64,000 nucleotides of DNA from an uncultured delta proteobacterium (GTDB lineage Bacteria > Desulfobacterota > Binatia > UBA9968), in assembly GCA_963745035.1 (NCBI GenBank), contig CAVUVW010000021.1, positions 64,001-128,000 of the forward strand, written 5' to 3'. This document shows, piece after piece, positions 52,848 through 62,268 of this stretch (its first letter is position 1; each line of letters begins with the position of its first letter). Under the pieces are notes generated by a model that saw nothing but the letters and a program-made list of their open reading frames with translations, ran no database searches and was not told where the DNA came from. The translations under genes and the position numbers were made by a program.

Positions 52848-53162
52848 TCAGACGCACAAGGCCCAAAGAAAGTGGTAGATCGACACCACGAAAACGCCGC
52901 TGTACACAGTCGACGTCAACGTGAGGGCTTTTAAAGTCAGGCCTTGCCGGAAATGCCGCAGCGCGAAGATCAATCCGATCAAACCACAGGCGAGAACTTT
53001 CCAATAGACGAGACCCCAGATCTCACCCCAGGCGGAAATTGTATCGCGGACCAAGGGGTTGGCTTCCGGAACGCCCAGGCTGAGCACGTGGTAGGTAAAC
53101 AAGCCGTCAAAGATTTGCAGCAGCAGATTGAATTTGAATTGTGACCAGATGTTGAGAAACAT
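52848..53162 (-). CDS. Small membrane protein, DUF5658-like
   Basis: QIFDGLFTY...G-EANP...K motif, three TMs; start placed at ATG 53162, downstream of the sigma54 motif. Confidence 0.75.
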   Translation of the reverse strand: MFLNIWSQFKFNLLLQIFDGLFTYHVLSLGVPEANPLVRDTISAWGEIWGLVYWKVLACGLIGLIFALRHFRQGLTLKALTLTSTVYSGVFVVSIYHFLWALCV

Positions 53163-53210
53163 AAACGCTGCCGTCGAGCGCGCAAATGCGCGGAATTTTC
53201 TATCAAAAAC

Positions 53211-53225
53211 GCAATTGAAATGCCA
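53211..53225 (-). promoter_or_regulatory. Sigma54 promoter of the DUF5658-like gene
   Basis: Minus strand TGGCATT-TCAA-TTGC. Confidence 0.6.
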
Positions 53226-53460
53226 AGCACAGCGTCGCAAATCTCCAATGAAAACATCGCGGTGGTGGGACGAATGCGTAATCTATTTTTACAGAAATTT
53301 TAGCTCGCGAATGGAGCGCACCAAGCGGTTGGATTTACGCCAACTTTTGGCGGAGCGCTGTTAAAGATTCTTACACTCCGGTAGGTGAACCGGCATCGGA
53401 TTTACACAAGCAGTTCCCGAAAGCGGGACGATAAGAGCACGCTCTCGCCCGAGGAGTAAG

Positions 53461-54561
53461 TTAGCGGCGAAGGAGACTGTCCGAATTCTGAAGCGCCGGA
53501 AAGATCTCGCTGCCCCACAAATCGATAGCTTCGGGAACGTCGGGTCCGAGGGGAACGCCGATGGTGATTTCGCTGAAACCGTGGCGCGCGGCGAGTTGAA
53601 AGAGGCTCCGCAGCCGGCCGATGCATTGTTCGGGGGTGCCCGAGATGATCAGTTTATCGACGGCGTCATCCGGCGTGAGTGAAGACGCGTGGTCGACGCC
53701 GCGATTCTCGGCGTAGGCTTGACGCACTGTTTGAATCGCTTTCGGATCGATACCCTTCGCGGTGAGCACGTCATCGGGCCAGCCCGAGGCGATATGCGAA
53801 ACGAACCGCTTGGCGTGTTGCTTTGCGGCAGCGCCGTCGCGCGATACCGATGCGTTGACCAGCATGGTTTTGCGCAGCGGCTGCGCCGCGCCGGACTGGG
53901 AGCGCGCGGAGTCGAGACGGGCGAGCGATCTTTCCATATCGTCGATACCGTATAAAGTTTGCAGCACCACGCCGTCGAAGTGGCGCGCGATTAGATCGAG
54001 TACCGCGGGCTTTAGCAGGCTCGGACCGTAGTAGAGGTGGATCGGCGACTGCGTTTTGAAGCGCAACGCGTAATGCTCCGCATTCAAGTGAAAGTATTCC
54101 GCCAGCACCGGAATATCGCTCGTTTTCAAAGTCTCGCCGGCGAATAAGGTTCGCAGCGCGACAGCCAACTCGGCCATGATCGCCATGGGTTTCGTCCTGA
54201 CCACATGCCGGGTGAGAATCGATCTGGAGCCGGGGCCCAAGCCGAGCGAAATGTCGCGTCCGCTCGCGAGCTCGGACATGGTGGCAAACGCCATCGCAAC
54301 GTCGATGGGATTGCGAAAGTAGGGGACGGCGACCGCCGTGCCAAGCTTCACGGGTAAACGCGCCAGGATCGCCGCCGAGCTTGCCAGGACGCTCCGATAT
54401 TCGAGATTGTCGTTGGTCCAGACGCGGGTGAAGTTGAACGGCGCAAGCGTCTTCGCCGCACGCTCGGCGAGATCGATGAGCTCCGGGAGCGAGTAGCGGT
54501 TGAGAACGTGCAGCGGGTAGTGAATGCCCACCTCGCCGGTGAACTGTAGGTTGTTTGCCAT
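53461..54561 (-). CDS. LLM-class (luciferase-like, Mer-like) flavin- or F420-dependent oxidoreductase
   Basis: LGTAVAVPYFRNP, ELASGR, LGLGPG, ISGTPEQC, GVPLGPD. Confidence 0.85.
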   Translation of the reverse strand: MANNLQFTGEVGIHYPLHVLNRYSLPELIDLAERAAKTLAPFNFTRVWTNDNLEYRSVLASSAAILARLPVKLGTAVAVPYFRNPIDVAMAFATMSELASGRDISLGLGPGSRSILTRHVVRTKPMAIMAELAVALRTLFAGETLKTSDIPVLAEYFHLNAEHYALRFKTQSPIHLYYGPSLLKPAVLDLIARHFDGVVLQTLYGIDDMERSLARLDSARSQSGAAQPLRKTMLVNASVSRDGAAAKQHAKRFVSHIASGWPDDVLTAKGIDPKAIQTVRQAYAENRGVDHASSLTPDDAVDKLIISGTPEQCIGRLRSLFQLAARHGFSEITIGVPLGPDVPEAIDLWGSEIFPALQNSDSLLRR

Positions 54562-54684
54562 GCATTCCGGCTATCACACTAGATCGAACCGAGTCAAAGA
54601 TTCGCGCTCCTGCGGCGGAATTTTGGAGATATTTCGATAGTGAACCGCTGAGCTGTGCAGGACACGAAAAAATACAAATGACCT

Positions 54685-54797
54685 GAATGTCATGCTGAGC
54701 TTGAGCGGAGGCATCTGCTTTTTCCGATGGCTTACGAAAGCAGATTCTTTCGGCGGAGTTTATCCTGAGTGTGACGAAGCGCCTCAGAATGACATTC
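54685..54797. repeat. Nested palindromic element (GTCAT...ATGAC type)
   Basis: Terminal GAATGTCATGCTGAG / CTCAGAATGACATTC (14/15 complementary), inner ATCTGCTTT / AAAGCAGAT. Confidence 0.75.
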
Positions 54798-54885
54798 TGA
54801 CGCAGCTCACGAATGGGGGATCCGCTTTTCCTCAGGACGACGCTTGCAAGAAATCTCAATTTCTACTAGGCGTCGCTTGGGAGTT

Positions 54886-54950
54886 CGTCACCCCGGTGAA
54901 AACCGGGGTCCATCCCAAAACCTGGATACCGCTTTTTCAACGGTATGACG
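54886..54950. repeat. CGTC-type bipartite palindromic element
   Basis: CGTCACCCCGGTGAAAACCGGGGTCCA ... TGGATACCG ... CGGTATGACG. Confidence 0.75.
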
Positions 54951-54999
54951 GACCGGATATCGGCGCCGGAAGGACGGAATAAGAGGAGGTAGCTTTGCC

Positions 55000-55979
55000 A
55001 TGAGTACAACGGCCTCACAGCAAGCCATCGTCAACTGCCTCGGTGCGCCGTGGCCGGAAGATCTTTCGCCGGAGTTCATCGACCAACTGCGCGCGCAAGG
55101 TGTCGGCGTCGTCGGCTGCACGGCCAATCTCACCTGGGACGATGCTCTGGAAAGCATCGAGAATTTCGAGATGGTCAAGGCGATCGTGCGCGATCATCCG
55201 CAGGCTTACATTCTTCGTAGCGCGGCGGATTTGGACCGAGAAGAAAATCGCGACAAAGTCGGCGTGTTGCTCGGGTTGCAGAATCCCAAGCCGCTGGGCG
55301 ACAGCCTGAGATTGCTCGACGCATTCTTCGATCTCGGCCTGCGCTGTCTCGCGCTCGCTTTCAACGAGAACAGCTATTACGGGTGCGGCTATGCGTCCGA
55401 AGTGGACACGGGCCTGACTTCGCTCGGCAAGAAAGCCATAAAGCGCATGAACCAGCTCGGCATCGTCATCGATCTGTCCCACTCAGGCGACCGCACGGCG
55501 ATGGAAGCGCTGGAATTCTCCGAGCAGCCGGTGATTTTCAGCCATTCTACTAGCCGGGCATTGTTCAACCGGCCGCGCAGCGCGCCCGATCCGCTGATCG
55601 TTGCCGCGGCTAAGAAGGGCGGGGTGATCTGCCAGGACGTGCGCGCCAACACCAGCGTGGCGGAATATGCCGATTGGATCGACTACTGCGTGAAACTCGC
55701 CGGCATCGATCACGTCGGCGTCTCGGCCCAGGACGATTGGCACCGCTCGTACAAGGACACCAAAGCGCATCGCGCCATACCTGCCGTCCTTTGCCGCTGA
55801 ATTTGCAAAACGCGACTGGAGTGAGGATCGAATTTACCGCCGCGACGGCATCGGCGCCAGGCTGCTCGACCGAGAAAACCTGGCAGCCGAGCTCAAGTGG
55901 GCGAAACTATTCGGACGAAAGCATCGGTAAAATACTCGGCGGCAACATGATGCGGGTGCTGAGGAAGGTACTTCGTTAG
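55000..55979 (+). CDS. Membrane dipeptidase (peptidase M19) family protein, frameshifts near the 3' end
   Basis: GLQN, GLTSLGK, MNQLGIVIDLSH, FSHS, GIDHVG, KILGGNMMRV. Confidence 0.85.
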
Positions 55980-55981
55980 AC

Positions 55982-56773
55982 ATGAACGGGGTGATTACGC
56001 GCCAGTACATAGCCGAGCTCCGTCTCAGAAGAGAGGATGTCCCTTCATTCGACCGCTATCCGTTTGCCTTGCCAGCGGTATATCACTTGGATGTGCTCGA
56101 ACTTCACCCCCAAGTCACATTCTTCGTTGGGGAAAACGGCTCTGGCAAGTCGACGCTGCTGGAGGCAATCGCGGTTGCATCGGGATTTAATCCGGAAGGA
56201 GGCACGAAAAATTTTCGTTTTGGCACGAGGGTTTCACACTCCGAGCTGGAGCGGTACTTGCGCCTCTCTAAAGGTATCGCTAGGGCGAGGGATGGGTTCT
56301 TCCTACGCGCGGAGAGCTTTTTCAACGTTGCCACGGAAATCGAGCGACTCGACGCCGAGCCCGGCCCGTCGCCGCCACTAATCGACGCGTACGGCGGGAA
56401 ATCTTTGCACGAGCAATCTCACGGCGAGTCTTTCATGGCCCTGCTGCTTAACCGCTTCCGCGGGAAAGGTCTTTATATTCTCGATGAGCCGGAGGCCGCC
56501 CTTTCGCCCCAACGCCAGCTTGCCGTGCTATCGCGGATTCACGAACTCGTGATGGATGACTCGCAGTTCATTATCGCGACCCATTCGCCGATTCTGATGG
56601 CGTACCCGAATGCCGCGATCTACAGTTTTTCCACTGAGGGCATAAAAAAAGTAGACTACTATGAAACCGAGCACTACCAAGTGACGCGGGATTTTCTAGC
56701 TAATCCTAAGCGCATGCTCGACGTTCTTCTGGAGCCTTCGTCTAACACGCCATTGCAGCGGACGCGCCGCTGA
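55982..56773 (+). CDS. Predicted ABC-type ATPase (COG3910-like), cassette-like gene
   Basis: GENGSGKST, FNPEGG, FLRAES, SHGESF, LDEPEAALSP, ATHSPIL. Confidence 0.9.
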   Translation: MNGVITRQYIAELRLRREDVPSFDRYPFALPAVYHLDVLELHPQVTFFVGENGSGKSTLLEAIAVASGFNPEGGTKNFRFGTRVSHSELERYLRLSKGIARARDGFFLRAESFFNVATEIERLDAEPGPSPPLIDAYGGKSLHEQSHGESFMALLLNRFRGKGLYILDEPEAALSPQRQLAVLSRIHELVMDDSQFIIATHSPILMAYPNAAIYSFSTEGIKKVDYYETEHYQVTRDFLANPKRMLDVLLEPSSNTPLQRTRR

Positions 56774-56789
56774 ACGGCGAATCTTGGGC
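56740..56789 (+). mobile_element. attC-like site, degenerate
   Basis: GTCTAAC (exact reverse complement of GTTAGAC at 55975), TTGCAGCGG ... CCGCTGAAC ... (G)TTGGGC. Confidence 0.65.
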
Positions 56790-56808
56790 GGCAAATTCGG
56801 GAGCATTT

Positions 56809-57171
56809 ATGGACTCGACAGAGCTATACGAAATTGAAAGATCGCTGTGGACCAATGACCCAGAGGTCTATCGCGACTCGTTGCGTCACGACGCGCTTCT
56901 CATGTTCCAAGAGACCGGGATGATAACCCGAGATGCTGCGATCGCTGCCATCCGCGAAGAAAGCCGTGAGAATCGGCACTGGGCCGAGGTGAGGTTTGTG
57001 GACGAAAGAGTACTCTCCCCAACAAACGACACGCGCGTGTTGATCTACAAAGCCGCCGCGCGCTGGAACTATGAGTCGAATCCAATTAGCGTTCTATGTA
57101 GCAGCATCTACGCCTTGGACTCGAGCGAATGGAGGCTTGTTTTCCATCAGCAAACTCCCCTTGCCGTGTAA
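56809..57171 (+). CDS. NTF2-like/DUF4440 family protein
   Basis: EIERSLW, CSSIY, WRLVFHQQTP. Confidence 0.82.
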   Translation: MDSTELYEIERSLWTNDPEVYRDSLRHDALLMFQETGMITRDAAIAAIREESRENRHWAEVRFVDERVLSPTNDTRVLIYKAAARWNYESNPISVLCSSIYALDSSEWRLVFHQQTPLAV

Positions 57172-57228
57172 ACACCGGTTGCAGCGGAGAGACTGCCGGC
57201 GCGGTGCGCCGCTGCTGGAGAGTTCGGC
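57166..57228 (+). mobile_element. attC-like site, degenerate
   Basis: TAAAC ... TTGCAGCGGA ... CCGCTG ... GTTCGGC, same inner boxes as the 56740 site. Confidence 0.5.
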
Positions 57229-57259
57229 AAATTGGTAAGAACGATATAAGGATCAAACA

Positions 57260-57988
57260 ATGGCCCAGATCACGGAAATTGCTCCCGATATCTACCGCAT
57301 CTCCACGTTTATTCCGGAAGCAAATCTACAATTCAATCAATTTCTCGTGCGCGACGAGCAGCCTCTGCTGTTTCACACCGGCATGAAGGTGCTGTTTCCG
57401 GCCGTGCGGGACGCCGTGGCCACGTTACTGGCGCCTACCAGCATCCGGTGGATCAGTTTCAGCCATTTCGAGGCCGATGAATGCGGTGCGCTGACGGAAT
57501 GGCAAACGCTGGCGCCTGAGGCAACGGCGGTGTGCAGTTTCGTCGCCAAAGTGGTGAGCGTCGATGATGTGGTCGCCCGCCGTCCAGCGCAGGCCCTGGC
57601 AGATGACGAACTGCTTTGTACCGGGAAATATCGGTTTCGCTTTCTTCAGACGCCGCACGTGCCGCACTGCTGGGAGGCGAGCCTGCTGTTCGAGGAAACT
57701 CAGGGCACGCTGTTGTGTTCCGACCTATTTCACCAGAACGGAGACGTCGAGCCCAGCACCAGCGCGGATGTGGTCGGCCGGTTCAAACAAACGTTAGTCG
57801 AATATCAGCAGGGGCCTTTAGCGAACTATATGGCGTATACGCCCCACACGGACTCGACGCTGCAGCGGCTGGCCGCGCTCAAGCCCCGGACATTGGCGAC
57901 CATGCACGGGTCGACATTCGTCGGCGATGGCGCGCAAGCTCTTACCGATCTCGCGCAGGTCATCAAAGAGGTCCTAGGAGAACGGTAA
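57260..57988 (+). CDS. MBL-fold metallo-protein (FprA/ODP-like)
   Basis: [29 protein letters not shown]. Confidence 0.85.
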   Translation: MAQITEIAPDIYRISTFIPEANLQFNQFLVRDEQPLLFHTGMKVLFPAVRDAVATLLAPTSIRWISFSHFEADECGALTEWQTLAPEATAVCSFVAKVVSVDDVVARRPAQALADDELLCTGKYRFRFLQTPHVPHCWEASLLFEETQGTLLCSDLFHQNGDVEPSTSADVVGRFKQTLVEYQQGPLANYMAYTPHTDSTLQRLAALKPRTLATMHGSTFVGDGAQALTDLAQVIKEVLGER

Positions 57989-58125
57989 GCATGCAGAGGG
58001 TCACGCACCTGGAGTTCTCCAGGTCAAACGTACATCCGTCTAACCACCCGCTTCGCTCTATGAGTTCCATCCACTGCTGCTTTCATCTGGTCTCATCCGG
58101 TCAGCCTTGATACTTTAGGGCGACG

Positions 58126-58674
58126 ATGATCCAAGCCGGCTACATGGCCAAGCGCGTCGTTAAACGGCCGGAGTGGCTTGATGCTAACCAAGTCGTTGAC
58201 GTCTACTCAGTCAGCAACTGTAACTCAAAAGACTTTGCCGACTACATCAATTACTGGAAGCATAACGGGTTTTGGTTTTTTGACTCGCCAGAAATCATCT
58301 ATGCACTGGCCGAAGAAAACTCGATCGATATTGCGGACACTCAACTGTTTTTTTACGAGGTTTATGACTTTGAGTATGACGACGATCGGAAGACTTGGGA
58401 AAGGTTTGAACCGGAGGAATCGTTTACTACAAACGTTGTTGCCCCCGCTAAAAAGTCGTTGGCGGGCTACGACATCGTTACATTTTCAACCGGGAATTCC
58501 GCCGAATGCTCGCCGCTCTCCTGTAACTCCATTGCGGGCGAAGTAAACACCAACAAACACTGTCTGCTGAAAAGCTTGGAAGAAGCGAAAAGATTGTTGA
58601 AAGACGGGAAATTCAATAATTCAGAACCAGGGCCATTCCGAATATTTGCTGTGTATTCAGTGCCGTGGCCCTAG
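58126..58674 (+). CDS. Hypothetical protein, cassette-like
   Basis: 182 aa AT-richer ORF with YSVSNC, HNGFW, GYDIV, ECSPLSCN. Confidence 0.75.
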   Translation: MIQAGYMAKRVVKRPEWLDANQVVDVYSVSNCNSKDFADYINYWKHNGFWFFDSPEIIYALAEENSIDIADTQLFFYEVYDFEYDDDRKTWERFEPEESFTTNVVAPAKKSLAGYDIVTFSTGNSAECSPLSCNSIAGEVNTNKHCLLKSLEEAKRLLKDGKFNNSEPGPFRIFAVYSVPWP

Positions 58675-58822
58675 TATTCCGTCCGTTCTATACCCCGCGC
58701 CATCAGTGATAGCATCGCTCGTACAAGGACACCAAACGCGCGCCATATACATGATGCTGGATTCAAGGGCATCGTTCACTGTCAAAGTTTTTACGCACCG
58801 GGTCAGTTACGTGGCGTAAGAA

Positions 58823-59284
58823 ATGAAAAACTTCCTTTTCTTACTGTGGATTCTTGTAGGCGTGTCGTTATTTGCAAGCGCTGCGAAACGTTTTGTGGAA
58901 AACTATCGGTTCAAGGCGCATGCCGTTGTTCTTGCAGGCGAAGTTATCGCGTCGAAAACCGGGCGGTTTCAAAGAACCGGTATGCCCGTAGTGCGGTACG
59001 TCACACCCTCGGGAGAGCAGCGTGAGCATACATACGATGCTCCTCTAGCGGGGAGTGAGTTCCAGGTTGGAGAAAAGGTGAAAGTTCTTTACGATCCTGG
59101 AACCGGCACGACCAAACTCGATGACTGGAGTGAGCTCTATCTCTCTTCTTCGCTGATTGGTTTCATCGCTTTCCTTGTTTTATTACCGCCCTTAGCGGCT
59201 GGTGTCATCTATCTGTACTGCGGCGGCCTGAACCTCAAGCCAAATCCAAGGCTCTCACCGAACTTGACTAAAAAGATTCTTTAG
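58823..59284 (+). CDS. DUF3592-like membrane protein
   Basis: TM, GEVI, PVVRY, VGEKVKVLYDP, TM. Confidence 0.75.
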   Translation: MKNFLFLLWILVGVSLFASAAKRFVENYRFKAHAVVLAGEVIASKTGRFQRTGMPVVRYVTPSGEQREHTYDAPLAGSEFQVGEKVKVLYDPGTGTTKLDDWSELYLSSSLIGFIAFLVLLPPLAAGVIYLYCGGLNLKPNPRLSPNLTKKIL

Positions 59285-59629
59285 CCTTCCAGGCGCGAGC
59301 GCGTATTTTCTTCGCTTTAATTGACACTCTTTCGGGCTCATAGTACGTAGTGGGCTTCGACGCTAGCAGTTCTGTCCGTCAAATCTATTTCGCCACCACG
59401 TAAGGAAGAAACCTATGCGAATGGCTCTTCTACACTGCGCCTGGCTTGTCCTGTTGTTTTCATGACTCCGGTGAGCCGGGCCGTCCGCGTGGTGCCGCGC
59501 TGGTACAAAGACTCGATCATGGGGCCAAGCCAGAAATGGATTCACGAACGCTCCTTCGCCGAGGACTTGGTCTCGCGCTGGGCAAAATCGATCGTCGATT
59601 CGGAAAAGGAATTTTTCTCGAAGTGAAAC

Positions 59630-61063
59630 ATGGCTAAAAACACCGCGGATATCGTTTTCAAGAATGGTTTGGTCGTCACGCCGTCCGGCGTCATCGAAGG
59701 CGGGCTCGCCGTCGTTGACGGCAAGATCGGCGCCGTCGGCGGCGACGACTTTTTGCCGGATGCGGAGCGGGTCATCGATTTAGCCGGCAAACATCTTCTC
59801 CCCGGCGCCATCGATCCCGAATGCCACCTGGGCGGCCACCGCGACCTGGCCGCCGATTTTAAAAGCGAGACGCGCGCGGCCGCGGCAACCGGCGTGACGA
59901 CGTGGGGCTTGCAGCTTGTCAGCCTCGCGATCACCGGCGGCGCGGAAAAAGTAAAGGGACCGGCGGATATCCCAAATTTCACCACGGCGATGCCGATTTT
60001 CTACGAGGCGTCGAAAACCGCGGCCATCGATTTTTTTCTCACGCCGATCGTCAGCACCGACGAGCAAGTCACGGAAATTCCTTACCTGGCAAGAGAGCAC
60101 GGCATCAGTTCCTTCAAGCTCCACTTGCAGATGCAGGGTCCGTGGAAGGCTTCGTGGCCGGCTTACTTTTTCGACGACGGCAGTATTTACTCGGTCTTCC
60201 AGGCAGTCGCCAAGCTGGGCGCGCCCGCCATCGCGCTGCTTCACTGCGAGAACTGGGAGATCGCCCAAGTGCTGCAGAAACAGCTCATGGACGCGGGCCG
60301 AACCGATATGGGCGCGTGGGACGATCGCTCGCCGGCCTTCACCGAGGTCGGCCACGCCCGGACATACCTTTACTACGCCCGAATCGCCGGCTGTCCGATT
60401 TACATCGTGCACTGCACGACGACGGACACCGTCAAGGAAATCGAAAGAGCCAAAGCCGAAGGTTTGACGGTCTACAGCGAGATCGGCACCCACTATCTCG
60501 TCCTGCACAAAGATGCTTGGAAGATCAACGTGCCGCTGCGCGACCGCTCCACGCACGAAGCTCTATGGCACGCGCTTTCGTCGGGCGCGATCGATTGCAT
60601 CGGCAGCGATCACGTGGCGCACACAAGAACCCGCGAGTCCATGGAAACGGGGAACGTCTTTACCACGATCAGCGGTTTTCCATCGCGCGTCGAAGGCATG
60701 CTGCCGATGATGTTGAGCGAGGGTGTAAACAAAGGACGCATATCGATCGAGCGGTTGGCCCAAGTCGCAAGCGAGAACCCCGCGCGCATCTTCGGCCTCT
60801 ATCCAAAGAAAGGCGCGATTCTCCCCGGCGCCGACGCCGATTTGATCGTCGTCGATCTAAAACGGCGCGCGACGATCACCAAAGAGCTTCTCCACACCGT
60901 AACTCCCTGGTCGGTTTACGAGGGCTGGGACGTCACCGGTTGGCCGGTCATGACGGTCGTCCGCGGCCAGATCGTCATGGAATGGCCCGAGGGCGCTCCT
61001 CGCGCCAACGTTACGGATGTCTCGGCGGGGCAATATCTCCGGCGAAGAGTCGGCACGGCATAA
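59630..61063 (+). CDS. Cyclic amidohydrolase (dihydropyrimidinase/allantoinase/dihydroorotase family)
   Basis: LLPGAIDPECH, AAAATGVTT, SFK, HCEN, YIVH, GSDH, NPARIFGL, GADAD. Confidence 0.9.
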   Translation: MAKNTADIVFKNGLVVTPSGVIEGGLAVVDGKIGAVGGDDFLPDAERVIDLAGKHLLPGAIDPECHLGGHRDLAADFKSETRAAAATGVTTWGLQLVSLAITGGAEKVKGPADIPNFTTAMPIFYEASKTAAIDFFLTPIVSTDEQVTEIPYLAREHGISSFKLHLQMQGPWKASWPAYFFDDGSIYSVFQAVAKLGAPAIALLHCENWEIAQVLQKQLMDAGRTDMGAWDDRSPAFTEVGHARTYLYYARIAGCPIYIVHCTTTDTVKEIERAKAEGLTVYSEIGTHYLVLHKDAWKINVPLRDRSTHEALWHALSSGAIDCIGSDHVAHTRTRESMETGNVFTTISGFPSRVEGMLPMMLSEGVNKGRISIERLAQVASENPARIFGLYPKKGAILPGADADLIVVDLKRRATITKELLHTVTPWSVYEGWDVTGWPVMTVVRGQIVMEWPEGAPRANVTDVSAGQYLRRRVGTA

Positions 61064-61464
61064 GAATTTTCGTTTCACTACACTTATCTCAGTTCTGAGA
61101 GGGTAGGGCAGCGATCGAGGCGGCATCCTCTCGGGATGTTGCTTCGCAAGGCTGTCCGGCAAGGTGGTAGTTGCCCGGACCGATTCATCCCCTAAGCGGT
61201 TTTGAAGCAAGGCTATCTTGCCTTTCGGCTGTTCTAGTTTCTTGCCGGCTAGCCATCCGACGGAAGCCGGTGCGTTACAAGAGTTAATAGAGTTAGGGCA
61301 GTGTGACATCGCGGGGATGCGGGCTGCGCTTACGCATCGAAACGAATCGGACAAAAGCATCGAAAAGTTCTCGGTGGCAACATAATGCCGGGTGGTCAAG
61401 AGCGTACTGCGCCGGATCGACTTACCAAACAGACGGCTCTTTTCCGCTAAAGCGGCGATTGCGC

Positions 61465-61493
61465 TTGACGGGCCGTATCTTATAAAATACACT
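61465..61493 (+). promoter_or_regulatory. Sigma70 promoter with palindromic operator for the TA operon
   Basis: TTGACG-N17-TACACT with GTATCTTATAAAATAC near-palindrome in the spacer. Confidence 0.55.
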
Positions 61494-61496
61494 CCA

Positions 61497-61787
61497 GTGA
61501 TCGAAATTCGGCAAACTGAAACGTACGCCAAGTGGTTCGCCAGTTTGCGGGACCGGAGAGCGCGTGCTCGAATCGATGTGAGGATCCGCCGATTGTCGCT
61601 TGGCAATCCGGGAGATGTAAGACCAATCGGCAGCGGAGTATCGGAATTACGGCTCGACTATGGTCCCGGCTATCGCGTGTACTTTTCGCAACGCGGTCCG
61701 ATGCTGATTATCCTGCTTGCCGGGGGTGACAAGGGAACGCAGGATCGGGACATAAAGAAAGCCCTGGAACTAGCACGAACACTGTAG
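61497..61787 (+). CDS. RelE/ParE-superfamily toxin (addiction module killer type)
   Basis: RIRRLSLGNPGD, GVSELRLDYGPGYRVYF, LLAGGDK. Confidence 0.92.
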   Translation: MIEIRQTETYAKWFASLRDRRARARIDVRIRRLSLGNPGDVRPIGSGVSELRLDYGPGYRVYFSQRGPMLIILLAGGDKGTQDRDIKKALELARTL

Positions 61788-61795
61788 AGGTTTTT

Positions 61796-62098
61796 ATGAG
61801 AAAGAAGACTGCAAAGATAAAGACTCGACCGTGGGACGCAGCCGAGCATCTGACGACCGAAGAGGACATGGCGGCATATTTGGAAGCCGCGCTGGAAGAC
61901 GGCGATCCGGCACTCATCGCCGCGGCATTGGGCGATATTGCGCGTGCGAAGGGTATGAGCCAGATTGCCCGCGAAACGGGCCTGGGACGTGAGAGTCTTT
62001 ACAAAGCGCTATCACCGGAAGGCAATCCAGAGCTCTCCACGGTGCTCAAAGTCGTTCGTGCGCTCGGTCTTCGCTTGCACGCAGCGGCGGACGTTTGA
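61796..62098 (+). CDS. HTH antitoxin (addiction module antidote type)
   Basis: WDAAEHL, ALGDIARAKGM, GRESLYKALS, GNP. Confidence 0.93.
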   Translation: MRKKTAKIKTRPWDAAEHLTTEEDMAAYLEAALEDGDPALIAAALGDIARAKGMSQIARETGLGRESLYKALSPEGNPELSTVLKVVRALGLRLHAAADV

Positions 62099-62268
62099 CG
62101 CGACTGGAGTGATGTCGGTTGCACATGACTTTCCATTGCGGAAACTCATCATTCAAATCGAGGATGTAAAAAACGCGCGCCGGCGTCAGCATGAAAGATA
62201 AGATAATGAGAGGAACGACACATGCGAGTTTTTGCTAGAACGTTGAGATCTCAAGTTGCGGAGTTTTT

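Noticed and set aside
61064-61460. ncRNA or gene remnant upstream of the TA pair
   Set aside because: Only short hairpins; no promoter-terminator pair or family motif that I can support
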